From contig CAYZLB010000001.1 of assembly GCA_964479235.1 (NCBI GenBank), positions 1 to 57,948 of the forward strand: a stretch of DNA of 57,948 nt, in the 5' to 3' direction. The DNA is from an uncultured Desulfohalobiaceae bacterium (GTDB lineage: Bacteria > Desulfobacterota > Desulfovibrionia > Desulfovibrionales > Desulfothermaceae). Position numbers and translations under genes: made by a program. The notes beneath the pieces were generated by a model. The model was given only the letters and a program-made list of their open reading frames with translations, did not search any database and was not told the origin of the DNA. Positions 40,318-50,171 of this stretch are shown here, in pieces. The first letter of the stretch is position 1; the number at the start of each line of letters is the position of its first letter.

Positions 40318-41391
40318 ATGACATATTTTCGCAAACTCGAGTCCAAAACAGCTGAACTTCTCAGCCTGTGCAAGAAGAATGAGCGATGGCTGATTTTGCT
40401 CAATGCAGACCCGGACGCCATGGCTTCGGCCATGGCCTTAAAACGTATTTTGGCCAGACGGGTACAGGGGGTTGGTCTGGCTATGGTCAATGAAATCAGT
40501 CGGCCGGATAACCTGGCCATGGTCCGTTATCTGCAGATCCCGGTTCAGCGTTTGACACATCCCTTGGCCGCCCAGTTCGACCGCTTTGCCCTGGTTGACT
40601 CCCAGCCGCATCATCATCCGGAATTTGCCGCTTTTCATTTCTCTATTGTCATCGACCACCACCCGGTGAAGCCGGAACTTCCAATCCAGGCCGATTTTGT
40701 CGAGGCTCAACCGAATTATGGTTCCAACAGTACCCTGCTCACAGAGTTTTTGTACAATTTGAACCTACGGCCAGGAAAGCATCTGGCCACTGCCCTGCTC
40801 TATGGGATCAAGACTGATACCCACAGCTTTGAGCAGCACTTCCACGACGCGGATATCAAGGCCTTTCGTTATTTAAGCAAATATGCCGATCACAGTATCC
40901 TGCGCAAGATCGTTCGCAGTGAATTCCGTGTAGAATGGCTGAAGTATTTTTCCCAGGCCTTTCGTAAGATCCGTCTCTGGGGCGACGGGCTGACCGTTTA
41001 CATGGGTGAGGTGGATTCCACGGATATCCTGGTCATCCTGGCTGACTTTTTTCTTCGCATTCACGATATCTCCTGGGATATTGTCACCGGGATCTCGGAC
41101 AATACCCTGGTAGCCATCTTCCGCGGAGATGGGGTAAAGGGAGACATGGGTGTTTTGGCCACCCGGCTTTTCGGCAGTGTTGGTTCGGCTGGGGGGCACA
41201 AATCCATGGCCCGGGCCCAGATCCCCCTGGAAAATCTGGACCAGGAACATCCTCAGCAGTTTATCTGGGAACGACTGCAGCAATGTAAGATCATCAGTAA
41301 AAGCAAGAGCCTCAAGCCCGCAGACGAAGACCTGGAATTAAAAGAAGAAGAGCTCATTGTCTCTGATCATCAGAATCCGGAGGGAGGATAA
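40318..41391 (+). CDS. DHH family phosphoesterase
   Basis: ADPDAMAS, VDSQ, IDHH, GIKTDT, SAGGH. Confidence 0.9.
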   Translation: MTYFRKLESKTAELLSLCKKNERWLILLNADPDAMASAMALKRILARRVQGVGLAMVNEISRPDNLAMVRYLQIPVQRLTHPLAAQFDRFALVDSQPHHHPEFAAFHFSIVIDHHPVKPELPIQADFVEAQPNYGSNSTLLTEFLYNLNLRPGKHLATALLYGIKTDTHSFEQHFHDADIKAFRYLSKYADHSILRKIVRSEFRVEWLKYFSQAFRKIRLWGDGLTVYMGEVDSTDILVILADFFLRIHDISWDIVTGISDNTLVAIFRGDGVKGDMGVLATRLFGSVGSAGGHKSMARAQIPLENLDQEHPQQFIWERLQQCKIISKSKSLKPADEDLELKEEELIVSDHQNPEGG

Positions 41392-41609
41392 AATCAGAGG
41401 CTTCATACAGGATTTGGGCCAAAACGTACTTGACTTAATCTCCGGTCCAGAAAGCCTTGCCACTGGATTGCCCGGCGACTATCATCCCGATACCGATTGG
41501 GAACAGATAAAAAAGGGATTCCCAATCAGCTCCTGATAAACATTAACCAATAACCGTTTTTCATACAACTACTGAACATATTCCCAAAACCCCAACCCCC
41601 GAGCAGCCA

Positions 41610-44165
41610 ATGACCCTGCAAGAACAAATGCACTGGAAGAATGCCCCCCTCTACCTCATCGACGGGAGTTCCTTCGTCTACCGGGCCTTTTACGCCTTTC
41701 CTGACCTTTCCCGGTCAGACGGGTTTCCCACCAATGCTTTGTTCATTACCTTGCGTATCCTGCTCAAAGTGCTCAAGTCCGAACACCCGCAACAGGCCTG
41801 CTTCATCCTGGACGGCAAAGGCCCCAGCTTCCGACAGGAAATCATGCCCTCTTACAAGGCCCAACGGCAAAAGATGCCCGAACCCTTGAGCCAGCAGCTC
41901 GACCCCATACTGGAGGGAGTCAAGCTTTTGGGACTCCCGGTCTACGTACCTGACGGGGCCGAGGCCGACGATGTGATCGCCACTTTGACCGTCCGCTATA
42001 AGCAAAATTATCCAGTGGTCATTGTAGGTTCGGACAAGGACCTTCGGCAGTGCCTGGACACCACAGTGGTCCTCTGGGATCCGGGACAACGCACAGAAAA
42101 ATTAACCACCCTGCAAGACTTTACACAAGGCGAAGGCCTCTCGCCGGAGCAGTGGCCCGACTATCAGGCTTTGATCGGAGATTCCAGCGACAACATCCCT
42201 GGAGTGCCCGGCGTCGGTCCCAAGACAGCCAAAAAACTCCTTGCCCGCTATCCATCTCTGGAAGCCCTGCAGGCGAACTTCGATCATTTAAGTGCAGCCG
42301 AGCAGAAAAAACTTGCGCCGCACATGGACAAGGTCTTTATGTACCGAGAGCTGACCCGGCTCAAGACTGACCTTGAACTCAACATGCAGGACGAGGATCT
42401 CCAATACCAGGACCTTCATCACAGCAAACTGAAAGCCTTTTTGCAGACCTATGAATTTGCGACATTGCTCAATGAGCTGGAAAAAGAAAACAAGACCTCC
42501 CCAGGGCAAGCTTCTTCCAAGGCCACGAAAAATAACCAGAAGCATATTCGCAGGGTCAAGCTTGATCAACTCCCTGATATCAGTGGACTTCAGGCTGGCC
42601 TGGTCTGGTCTTCAGACAGCATACTCCTGGGCTGGAGAGAGCAGGAGGCAGCACTTGATCCTCCAGCAAAGACCATAATTCAGGCCTTGGCAAAGTGTTC
42701 ACAGATCTTTGTCCCCTCTTTCAAAGAATTGTGCGAGCATGATCCCCAATGGGAAAAACTTCCCTTGGATCAGGTTTTTGATCTCAGTTTGGCCGCCTAT
42801 CTGCTCAATCCGGAAGAGCGCGACTACAGCTGGAAACGGATTCTGCAGGGCTTCTTGCCTGAAATCAAAGTACATGGCAAAAATCAGGCCCTGGCTGCCC
42901 TGCAGATCGGCCAGATACTGTATCAACGCCTGGATCAGGCCGGACTCCTGGATCTTATGCATCAGATAGAGATCCCCTTGATACCGGTTCTGGTCCACAT
43001 GCAGCGCCGGGGCGTTGGTATTGATTTACAGGCCTTTGAACAATTCCTCACAGAAGTGGAGGCCGATCTGTTGCGTTTGACCCGGTCTGTGTATGCCCAG
43101 GCCGGTCAGGAATTTAATCTGCGCTCATCCCAGCAGCTGGGAAATATCTTGTTCGGCCACCTGGGTCTCAAACCCGGACGCAAGACCCCCGGCGGACAAC
43201 CGTCCACTTCCATCACTGTGCTGGAAGGCCTCCAGCACCAGCATCCGATCATCAAAGATATTGTAGAATATCGAAGCCTGGAAAAACTGCGCTCCACCTA
43301 CCTGGCCCCCTTGCCTCAACAAGTACACGCCGACGGTCGGGTGCACACAACAATGAATAATTTGGCCACAGCCACCGGCCGACTGTCCAGCAGCAACCCC
43401 AACCTCCAGAATATCCCCATTCGGGGTCGTTTCGGTCCCCGGATGCGTTCCTGCTTTGTGGCCAATGCGGGAAATGCCCTAGTAGCTGCCGACTACTCCC
43501 AGATCGAACTCCGGGTGCTGGCCCATCTGTCCCAGGAACCACATTTAATTCAGGCCTTTGCCGCCAACGAGGACATCCATACCCGTACTGCGGGTTTACT
43601 GCTGGACAAATCCCAGGACCAGGTCACGCCCGATGAGCGGCGCAAAGCCAAGACCATCAATTTCGGTCTTATCTACGGCATGGGTCCGCAAAAGCTGTCC
43701 CGGGAGTTGGGCATATCCTTGAACCAAGCCAAAGAATTTATTGAAAAATATTTCAGCAGACTGCAAAATGTCCGGGAATTCTTCTCTCAAATAGAAGAAA
43801 CGGCCAAGACCAATGGTTCGGTGACCACCATTGCCGGCCGTAGACGCCTTTTGCCGGACATCAATTCCAGAAACGACAATCTGGCCGGCCAGGCCCGACG
43901 CATGGCCATCAACACCAAGGTCCAGGGCAGCGCTGCTGATATCATCAAGCTGGCCATGCTTCAGGTGGAAACGGATCCCGACCTCAAGGAACTCGGTGCT
44001 GAGCTTATACTGCAGGTCCACGACGAACTCCTCCTGGAAGTCCCCAAGGACAAGGCCAAAGAGAGCGGGGAGCGGGCCGAAGCACTTATGTCCTCGGTTA
44101 TGGATCTGGATGTGCCCTTAGTGGTGGAATGGGGCACCGGCCGCAGCTGGGCGGATGCGCATTAA
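41610..44165 (+). CDS. polA: DNA polymerase I
   Basis: 5'-3' exonuclease (LIDGSS, EADD, GDSSDNIPGVPGVGPKTA) and polymerase motifs (TGRLSS.NPNLQNIP, DYSQIELR, KTINFGLIYG, QVHDEL). Confidence 0.97.
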   Translation: MTLQEQMHWKNAPLYLIDGSSFVYRAFYAFPDLSRSDGFPTNALFITLRILLKVLKSEHPQQACFILDGKGPSFRQEIMPSYKAQRQKMPEPLSQQLDPILEGVKLLGLPVYVPDGAEADDVIATLTVRYKQNYPVVIVGSDKDLRQCLDTTVVLWDPGQRTEKLTTLQDFTQGEGLSPEQWPDYQALIGDSSDNIPGVPGVGPKTAKKLLARYPSLEALQANFDHLSAAEQKKLAPHMDKVFMYRELTRLKTDLELNMQDEDLQYQDLHHSKLKAFLQTYEFATLLNELEKENKTSPGQASSKATKNNQKHIRRVKLDQLPDISGLQAGLVWSSDSILLGWREQEAALDPPAKTIIQALAKCSQIFVPSFKELCEHDPQWEKLPLDQVFDLSLAAYLLNPEERDYSWKRILQGFLPEIKVHGKNQALAALQIGQILYQRLDQAGLLDLMHQIEIPLIPVLVHMQRRGVGIDLQAFEQFLTEVEADLLRLTRSVYAQAGQEFNLRSSQQLGNILFGHLGLKPGRKTPGGQPSTSITVLEGLQHQHPIIKDIVEYRSLEKLRSTYLAPLPQQVHADGRVHTTMNNLATATGRLSSSNPNLQNIPIRGRFGPRMRSCFVANAGNALVAADYSQIELRVLAHLSQEPHLIQAFAANEDIHTRTAGLLLDKSQDQVTPDERRKAKTINFGLIYGMGPQKLSRELGISLNQAKEFIEKYFSRLQNVREFFSQIEETAKTNGSVTTIAGRRRLLPDINSRNDNLAGQARRMAINTKVQGSAADIIKLAMLQVETDPDLKELGAELILQVHDELLLEVPKDKAKESGERAEALMSSVMDLDVPLVVEWGTGRSWADAH

Positions 44166-44309
44166 GGGTATCAAGATCTTTTGAAGACCGGGATCCCTGA
44201 ATTTTCAGCACGTACGAGGTATTTCGGTTCCCCGCCCTGGTCAGGGCGGGGACAGGGGCGGGTGGTCATGATGATATTTTCCTTATATGTTCCCGGGTTA
44301 TAGCAGGAT

Positions 44310-44343
44310 ATTGCCACGCTCCTGGCGTCGCTCGCAATGACGG
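44310..44343. repeat. CGTC-tagged REP-like hairpin (GTCATTGCGAG...GCAAT type)
   Basis: Minus strand CCGTCATTGCGAGCGACGCCAGGAGCGTGGCAAT. Confidence 0.55.
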
Positions 44344-44494
44344 TATGGCTCCACTGTATCGGTTGAAACCACAGCCAGCAAAGGAATTGGAATTAGGGTA
44401 CCCTCCCCCATCCCTAGAAAGCTGCACAAAGCTCCAGCAGGGAGGGGAAGAGGATCAATAACACATGACAGTTTTTCAAACCAAGGTTTAATCT

Positions 44495-45682
44495 ATGCTC
44501 AACAAACCACGCATGCTCACCCCCGGTCCAACTCACCTCCCGGAAGAGGTCAGACTGGCCCTTAGCCGGGATATGATCCATCATCGAAAAGACGGCTTTG
44601 TTCAGCTCATGCGCCGGGTACAAACCCAAATGCAGACTTTGTTCGCCACCCGGCAGCCTGTCTTGCCTTTATCCTGCAGCGGAACCGGAGCCATGCAGGC
44701 GGCAGTGGACAACCTGTTTGCCCCTGGAGACAAGGTCCTGGTGGTAGACGGAGGAAAATTCGGACAACGCTGGGCTCAGATTGCTGAAACAAATAAGCTC
44801 CAGGTTCAGCGCCTGGAAATTCCTCGCGGACAGGCGGTAGACCCAGAAAAGATCCGTTCGGCCCTGGAGAGAGAACCGGATCTGCGCGGGGTGCTCATCC
44901 AGTACTCCGAGACCTCTACCGGCGTGCTCCATCCCATACGCGAAGTGGGCCGGATCACCGCCGATACCCCAACCCTGCTGGTTGTGGATGGCATCTCCGG
45001 GGTGGGCATCTCCCCCTGCCCGATGGACGACTGGCACATCGATTGCCTGCTGACTGGATCGCAGAAGGGGCTTATGCTCCCCCCGGGCCTGGCATTAATC
45101 AGCTTAAGCACCAAGGCCTGGGACCAGGTAGACAGACTGGCCGAAGCCAGTTTTTACTTCCATCTGGGCAAGGAGTGCAGGAAATGGGAGCAGGGACAGA
45201 CTGCGTATACTTCACCTGTTAACCTGATTGTGGGCCTGGAGGCCAGTCTGGATATCCTGCTCACCCCCGATCTGCATCAGGTTTTCAGCAAACAATGGGC
45301 CCTGGCCCAAATGACCAGGTTCGGAATCCAGGCCATGGGCCTCAAGCCCCTGGCTCCAACCCATTACACCTGGGGACTGACCAGTTTTTGGGTCCCGGAA
45401 GGTACAGATGCTCAGGCTGTATTGCAGCAAATGGCCGAAGAATTCAATCTTGTCTTGGCCGGCGGACAGGATGAGCTGAAAGGTAAAATCTTTCGCCTGG
45501 GGCATATGGGCCATGTGGACTGGGGTGACATCTTAGCCGGTCTGGCCGCCCTGGCCCATTGCCTGGGATCAAGCTTACCAGGGACAGCCCACAAAGATGC
45601 CCTGGAGCAGGCCATGGCCGCCTACACTGAGGCTTTAGCTGATACCCGTTCCCCTGTGGATAAGCTCTTGTCAGCCATGTGA
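44495..45682 (+). CDS. Class V PLP-dependent aminotransferase (serine-pyruvate/alanine-glyoxylate type)
   Basis: LTPGPT, HHR, SGTGAM, ETSTGV, VDGIS, GSQKGLMLPPG, FRLGHMG. Confidence 0.92.
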   Translation: MLNKPRMLTPGPTHLPEEVRLALSRDMIHHRKDGFVQLMRRVQTQMQTLFATRQPVLPLSCSGTGAMQAAVDNLFAPGDKVLVVDGGKFGQRWAQIAETNKLQVQRLEIPRGQAVDPEKIRSALEREPDLRGVLIQYSETSTGVLHPIREVGRITADTPTLLVVDGISGVGISPCPMDDWHIDCLLTGSQKGLMLPPGLALISLSTKAWDQVDRLAEASFYFHLGKECRKWEQGQTAYTSPVNLIVGLEASLDILLTPDLHQVFSKQWALAQMTRFGIQAMGLKPLAPTHYTWGLTSFWVPEGTDAQAVLQQMAEEFNLVLAGGQDELKGKIFRLGHMGHVDWGDILAGLAALAHCLGSSLPGTAHKDALEQAMAAYTEALADTRSPVDKLLSAM

Positions 45683-45778
45683 CCTTGAAGGCGTTCACAT
45701 ATGCCAAATCGAAAGACTCGTCTTGCGATTTGGCATAACCCATTTATCTCTTTGAACAAAACTATAGGAGCACTCTTT

Positions 45779-46141
45779 ATGACCAACCACGATCCCACCC
45801 GGCCGGAAACAGAACCCCAGCAAACACCTAAAGAGCGAAAAGAAGCAGCCCAGGCCTACGAAGACAAGGCCAAGGAACAGGCCCGGCAAGACCCTTTGCC
45901 CAAAGTGGACATGAACACCTTTATTTTGTCCTTGAGCTCTTCAGCCATGGTTCACCTGGGAGAAGTCAATGACCCGCAATCCGGACAATCTCAGATGGAT
46001 ATCGATTTGGCCCGACACACCATCGACATGCTGGCTATGCTGGAGGAAAAGACCAAAGGAAACTTGACTGCAGATGAAGAAGGCCTGCTCAAAAACGTCC
46101 TTTTTGAGCTGCGCATGAAATTCGTCCAAAAAGCGGGATGA
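45779..46141 (+). CDS. DUF1844 family protein
   Basis: FILSLSSSAMVHLG, ARHTIDML.ML.EKTKGNL; AGGAG RBS. Confidence 0.85.
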   Translation: MTNHDPTRPETEPQQTPKERKEAAQAYEDKAKEQARQDPLPKVDMNTFILSLSSSAMVHLGEVNDPQSGQSQMDIDLARHTIDMLAMLEEKTKGNLTADEEGLLKNVLFELRMKFVQKAG

Positions 46142-47205
46142 AGTATATGTCCAATCAAAAATACACAGTGGGGCTGGTCGGTGTCACCGGATACACCGGG
46201 ATGGAAATGCTCCGCTGTCTTCAGCACCATACAGCCTTCGAGCTGAGCACAGTGACCTCCAGACAGGAAGCCGGAAAAAGCGTTGCCCAGCTCTTTCCCC
46301 AATTGCAAGGCACCGCATTGGGCAAACTGGTTATCAGCGAACCGGATGTGGACCAGCTGGTCCGAGACTGTGATCTGGTCTTTTTGGCCGTTCCCCACGG
46401 TACAGCCATGCACATGGCCTCGGCCCTGGTCCAGCAGGGGGTCAAGGTGGTCGACTTAAGTGCGGATTTCCGCCTCAAATCAAGAGAAGTCTTTGAGGCC
46501 TGGTACAGCTGTTCCCACCAGGCCCCAGAGCTTTTGGACCAGGCAGTATACGGCCTTCCGGAGCTTTACCAGGCAGATATCGCCCAGGCCCAGCTGGTGG
46601 CCAATCCGGGTTGCTATCCGACCTCAGTCCTTTTGGGTCTCTACCCAGCCCTTCAGGCCGGCCTGATTCACAGCCAGGGTATTGTGGCTGACAGCAAATC
46701 CGGGGCCAGTGGCGCCGGACGCGGGGCCAAGGTCGGAACCCTGTTCTGCGAAGTATCCGATACCTTCAAAGCTTACGGCCTGGGCACCCACCGGCATACC
46801 CCGGAAATCGATCAGGAGGTCAGCCGTATGGCCGGGCAGGCGGTCCAGGTATCATTTAATCCCCATTTGCTTCCAATCAATCGGGGTATCCTGACCACTT
46901 TGTACACCGTAGCCGGCACACATACCACCGTGGAAAACCTGCGCCAGGCCTACGAAGCCTTTGATTGCGAGCATCCCTGGATCCGCCTCCAGCCCCAGGG
47001 CAACCTGCCGGAGCTGAAGAACGTGCGCGGAACAATGTATTGCGATATCGGCCTGGTCCTGGATGAACGTACCGGGCGGGCGATCTTTGTCTCAGCCATC
47101 GACAATCTCTGCCGCGGGGCCTCGGGACAGGCCCTGGCCAATGCCAACCTCATGTGCGGACTGCCATTGACCACCGGCATGGATCTGCCTGCCCTGGTGC
47201 CGTAA
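46138..47205 (+). CDS. argC: N-acetyl-gamma-glutamyl-phosphate reductase
   Basis: GVTGYTG, DLSADFR, YGLPE, ANPGCYPT, SGASGAG, HRHTPEI, DNL.RGASGQA. Confidence 0.96.
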   Translation: MKYMSNQKYTVGLVGVTGYTGMEMLRCLQHHTAFELSTVTSRQEAGKSVAQLFPQLQGTALGKLVISEPDVDQLVRDCDLVFLAVPHGTAMHMASALVQQGVKVVDLSADFRLKSREVFEAWYSCSHQAPELLDQAVYGLPELYQADIAQAQLVANPGCYPTSVLLGLYPALQAGLIHSQGIVADSKSGASGAGRGAKVGTLFCEVSDTFKAYGLGTHRHTPEIDQEVSRMAGQAVQVSFNPHLLPINRGILTTLYTVAGTHTTVENLRQAYEAFDCEHPWIRLQPQGNLPELKNVRGTMYCDIGLVLDERTGRAIFVSAIDNLCRGASGQALANANLMCGLPLTTGMDLPALVP

Positions 47206-47285
47206 CTCCAAGTCTGTCGATAGGGCTTGTCACCCAGCAACCTCTTTGTTATATTTTTATAAAATATTCAAAGAGAAGTTGCATT

Positions 47286-47537
47286 ATGCATACAATAACT
47301 CTTCGCAAAGTTGGCGGATCGATTATGTTGGCTGTTCCCCCGTCTATACTTGACCTATTGAATCTGCAGGCGGGTTCTCCAGTGGGTGTGAGGGTTGACG
47401 GCAACATGCTCGTCATTGAGCCTCATCCAAGCCCACGCTATTCGTTGGATGAACTCCTCGCCCAATGCGATGGATCGGCAAACATGACCGAGGAAGATCA
47501 AGAATGGCTTGAAACCAAGCCGGTAGGGAATCTTTGA
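47286..47537 (+). CDS. AbrB/MazE-type (PemI-like) antitoxin, orphan
   Basis: LRKVGGSIMLAVPPSILDLL...PRYSLDELLAQCD...EW...PVG. Confidence 0.85.
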   Translation: MHTITLRKVGGSIMLAVPPSILDLLNLQAGSPVGVRVDGNMLVIEPHPSPRYSLDELLAQCDGSANMTEEDQEWLETKPVGNL

Positions 47538-47559
47538 ATAAGAAAGGGGTTCCCTCCCC

Positions 47560-48870
47560 CTATTCGTCCCCGTTGCGCTGATCCAGAACCCGCTTGCTTT
47601 TGGCAAAGGTTCGGGGGAGCATGCCTGGATCCACGATGGATACCTCGCTGCGGACCAAAAGGTGCTTGCGCATTGAGGCGGCAATAGTTCTGGACAGGCC
47701 GCTGTCCAGGTCGGCTGTGGCATCTATGTGCCGCTCCACCTTGAGCAACATGTTGTCCACCCCGCCTTTGCGGTCTAATACAACCTGGTACTCCGAACTC
47801 AGCTCGGCAAAGTCGTGCAGGACATCGGCAATCTGGCCGGGGTAGATATTCACCCCCCGGAAGATGAACATATCGTCTGATCTCCCCAATATCCTGTCAT
47901 GCCGGGGTAATCCCAGTCCGCAGGGACATTCACCGGGGACAAGCCGGGTCAGATCCCGGGTCCGGTAGCGGATCAAGGGAACCCCCTGCTTGCACAAGGT
48001 GGTGACCACCATCTCCCCAACTTCACCTGGAGCCACCGGTTGCAAGGTCTGGGGATCGATGATCTCAAGGATGAAGATATCCGCCCAGTAATGCAGTCCC
48101 TGATGTTCTCTGCACTCCAGGCCGGTTCCCGGGCCGTACAGCTCGGTCAGACCCGGGATGTCAAAACAGTCCCTTAACCCAAAAACCTCCTCCACCCGCT
48201 GACGCATCTTTGGCGTGTGCGGCTCGGCCCCGAAAATGGCTTTTCGCAGTTTGACCTGATCCTGTAGACCATATTTTTCCACTTCTTCTGCCAGGAGCAG
48301 GGCCATGGAAGCGGTTGAACACAGACAGGTGGACTTTACATCAGTCAAAAACTGAAGCTGGATTTCCAGATTTCCCGGTCCCAGAGGCAAGGCCATGGCC
48401 CCGAAATGCTCACATCCCAGCTGAAAGCCCACCCCGGCTGTCCACAACCCGTACCCCACGGCAATCTGGACCCGATCCGTCGGCCCCAGGCCGGCCAGTT
48501 CGAAACACCTGGCCATCATCAGCTTCCAGGTTTCTACGTCTTTTTGGGTATAGGCCAAAATCTTTCGTTTGCCCGTCGTCCCGGATGATGCATGGATGCG
48601 GACCACTTCTTCCTCTGGAACACTGAGCAGGGGCAGAGGATAATCGCTGCACAGATCGTCCACTGTGGTCAGAGGCAGATGGACAAGATGGTCCAGACTG
48701 TGTACTCCCAGGGGATCAACTCCGGCTGCTTCCAGCCGCTGCCGGTAATACGGACTTCCGGCGTAGGCGTGCTGCAATGTCCACTGCAACCCGCGCAGTT
48801 GTTGCTCTGCCAGGCTGTCTTGCGTATAGTGGGGGAAAAAACGGTAATTTTTTTGAGCACTTTTGTTCAT
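47560..48870 (-). CDS. Phenylacetate-CoA ligase family protein
   Basis: HASSGTTGK, YGLWTAG, GAEP, IRYRTRD, GRSDDMFIFRGVN. Confidence 0.92.
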   Translation of the reverse strand: MNKSAQKNYRFFPHYTQDSLAEQQLRGLQWTLQHAYAGSPYYRQRLEAAGVDPLGVHSLDHLVHLPLTTVDDLCSDYPLPLLSVPEEEVVRIHASSGTTGKRKILAYTQKDVETWKLMMARCFELAGLGPTDRVQIAVGYGLWTAGVGFQLGCEHFGAMALPLGPGNLEIQLQFLTDVKSTCLCSTASMALLLAEEVEKYGLQDQVKLRKAIFGAEPHTPKMRQRVEEVFGLRDCFDIPGLTELYGPGTGLECREHQGLHYWADIFILEIIDPQTLQPVAPGEVGEMVVTTLCKQGVPLIRYRTRDLTRLVPGECPCGLGLPRHDRILGRSDDMFIFRGVNIYPGQIADVLHDFAELSSEYQVVLDRKGGVDNMLLKVERHIDATADLDSGLSRTIAASMRKHLLVRSEVSIVDPGMLPRTFAKSKRVLDQRNGDE

Positions 48871-48895
48871 ACACTTCTCACCTTATCCCAAAACC

Positions 48896-49681
48896 ATGAT
48901 CAGTACTTCCTATCTCCTGGATCTTTTTCCCTTTGCGGCCTGTATCCTTGGCCTCATTCTGGGCAGCTTCTCCAATGTCTGCATTCATCGGTATATACAA
49001 GGAGAATCCATTGTCCTCCCCGCATCCCATTGTCCTCTCTGCAAACACACACTCGCCTGGTGGGAAAATATCCCTTTACTCAGCTATCTGCTACTCCGGG
49101 GCAGATGCCGGATCTGCCGGGAAACGATTCATTGGCGATATCCGGTTGTCGAGGGCATTTCCGGCCTCTGGTCCCTGCTTTTGGCCCTGAAGCTTGGACC
49201 TGAAACAGCCTTTGCCGTTTATCTTTTCTTTGGTCAGATCCTGATCATCATCAGCTTTATCGATCTGGAAATCTTCATTCTTCCGGATAGCTATACCCTG
49301 CCCGGTTCTGTGGCCGCTTTGGCCGCAGCCGTTCTTTTTTTGGACCTGCCCTGGAGCACTTCCCTCATTGGGGCCTTGACCGGTGGCGGCACCTTTCTTG
49401 CTTTGCAGCAGGGATACAAGTGGCTTAAGGGACGGGACGGCCTGGGCACTGGAGACATCAAACTCATGTTTCTTCTGGGTGCCCTCCTCGGGTGGCAGGC
49501 CCTGCCCCTGGTTGTCTTCATGGCTGCGGTCAGCGCTTTAACCGTCAGCCTGGTCTATCTGCGTCAAACCAGCGCAAAAGGTCTGCAGACTGCAATTCCC
49601 TTTGGCCCCTTCCTTAGCTTAGGGGGCATGCTCTACATCCTCTGCGGCCCCCAGATCTTGCACTGGTATCTCGGATTTTAA
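48896..49681 (+). CDS. pilD: Type IV prepilin peptidase (A24)
   Basis: GSFSNVCIHR, SHCPLC, ENIP..SY..LRGRCR.C, FID, GLGTGDIKL, IPFGPFL. Confidence 0.93.
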   Translation: MISTSYLLDLFPFAACILGLILGSFSNVCIHRYIQGESIVLPASHCPLCKHTLAWWENIPLLSYLLLRGRCRICRETIHWRYPVVEGISGLWSLLLALKLGPETAFAVYLFFGQILIIISFIDLEIFILPDSYTLPGSVAALAAAVLFLDLPWSTSLIGALTGGGTFLALQQGYKWLKGRDGLGTGDIKLMFLLGALLGWQALPLVVFMAAVSALTVSLVYLRQTSAKGLQTAIPFGPFLSLGGMLYILCGPQILHWYLGF

Positions 49682-49805
49682 AAATCCTGACTATAACGGA
49701 TTTAGGGGGGTTGGATTTTTACCAAGGAGGTCTCGAACTATATGGGGAAAAGCAGATACAAAATCCACGACCCGGCGAAATAAAACCATATGTTTGCCTT
49801 TTTTG

Positions 49806-50057
49806 CAATCGAACTGTCTTCATCGGTCATCTCTTGAAATCGTTGCCCCTTAAAGAGATCGAGTTCGCCATTGATCATTTTTTCAAAGACTTCACTGTCG
49901 TCTGTTCCCTGGGAGTAAGCAAAGGCCAGAGTATGGCTCAGTTTGTCCACAAAACCGAAGTCCTTTAAAGCAAACCCCAGGGTCCAAATCCCATGGGGGA
50001 TGTATTGGGCCAAGGAATCATCACCGTTCTAAAGCCAAAGTGAGAGTTAAAACCCAT
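49806..50057 (-). pseudogene. Diverged partial copy of the adjacent porin gene
   Basis: GFNSHFGF[-1]NGDDSLAQYIPHGIWTLGFALKDFGFVDKLSHTLAFAYSQGT versus intact GFNTMYGFGDGDYCYAQYVPHGVWSLGFALKDIQFIDKLSHTFAIAYSQGT; lacks the N- and C-termini. Confidence 0.88.
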
Positions 50058-50102
50058 AGTATTGGGAAAACCCTTCTCACTCTCAATGGGCGAAAGAAAA
50101 AT

Positions 50103-50134
50103 AAAAAAAGCCAGGGCCTTTTGGCCCTGGCTTT
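50103..50134 (-). terminator. Terminator of the porin gene
   Basis: AAAGCCAGGGCC-TTTT-GGCCCTGGCTTT with a T-run on the minus strand. Confidence 0.8.
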
Positions 50135-50171
50135 ATGCTCAGCGAGGCGTCAGCTACTGTGAATGCAATAT

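Noticed and set aside
45700..45738. Hairpin TATGCCAAATCG...CGATTTGGCATA as a riboswitch
   Set aside because: It is a single stem with no recognisable aptamer consensus, most simply a terminator or stability hairpin after the aminotransferase.
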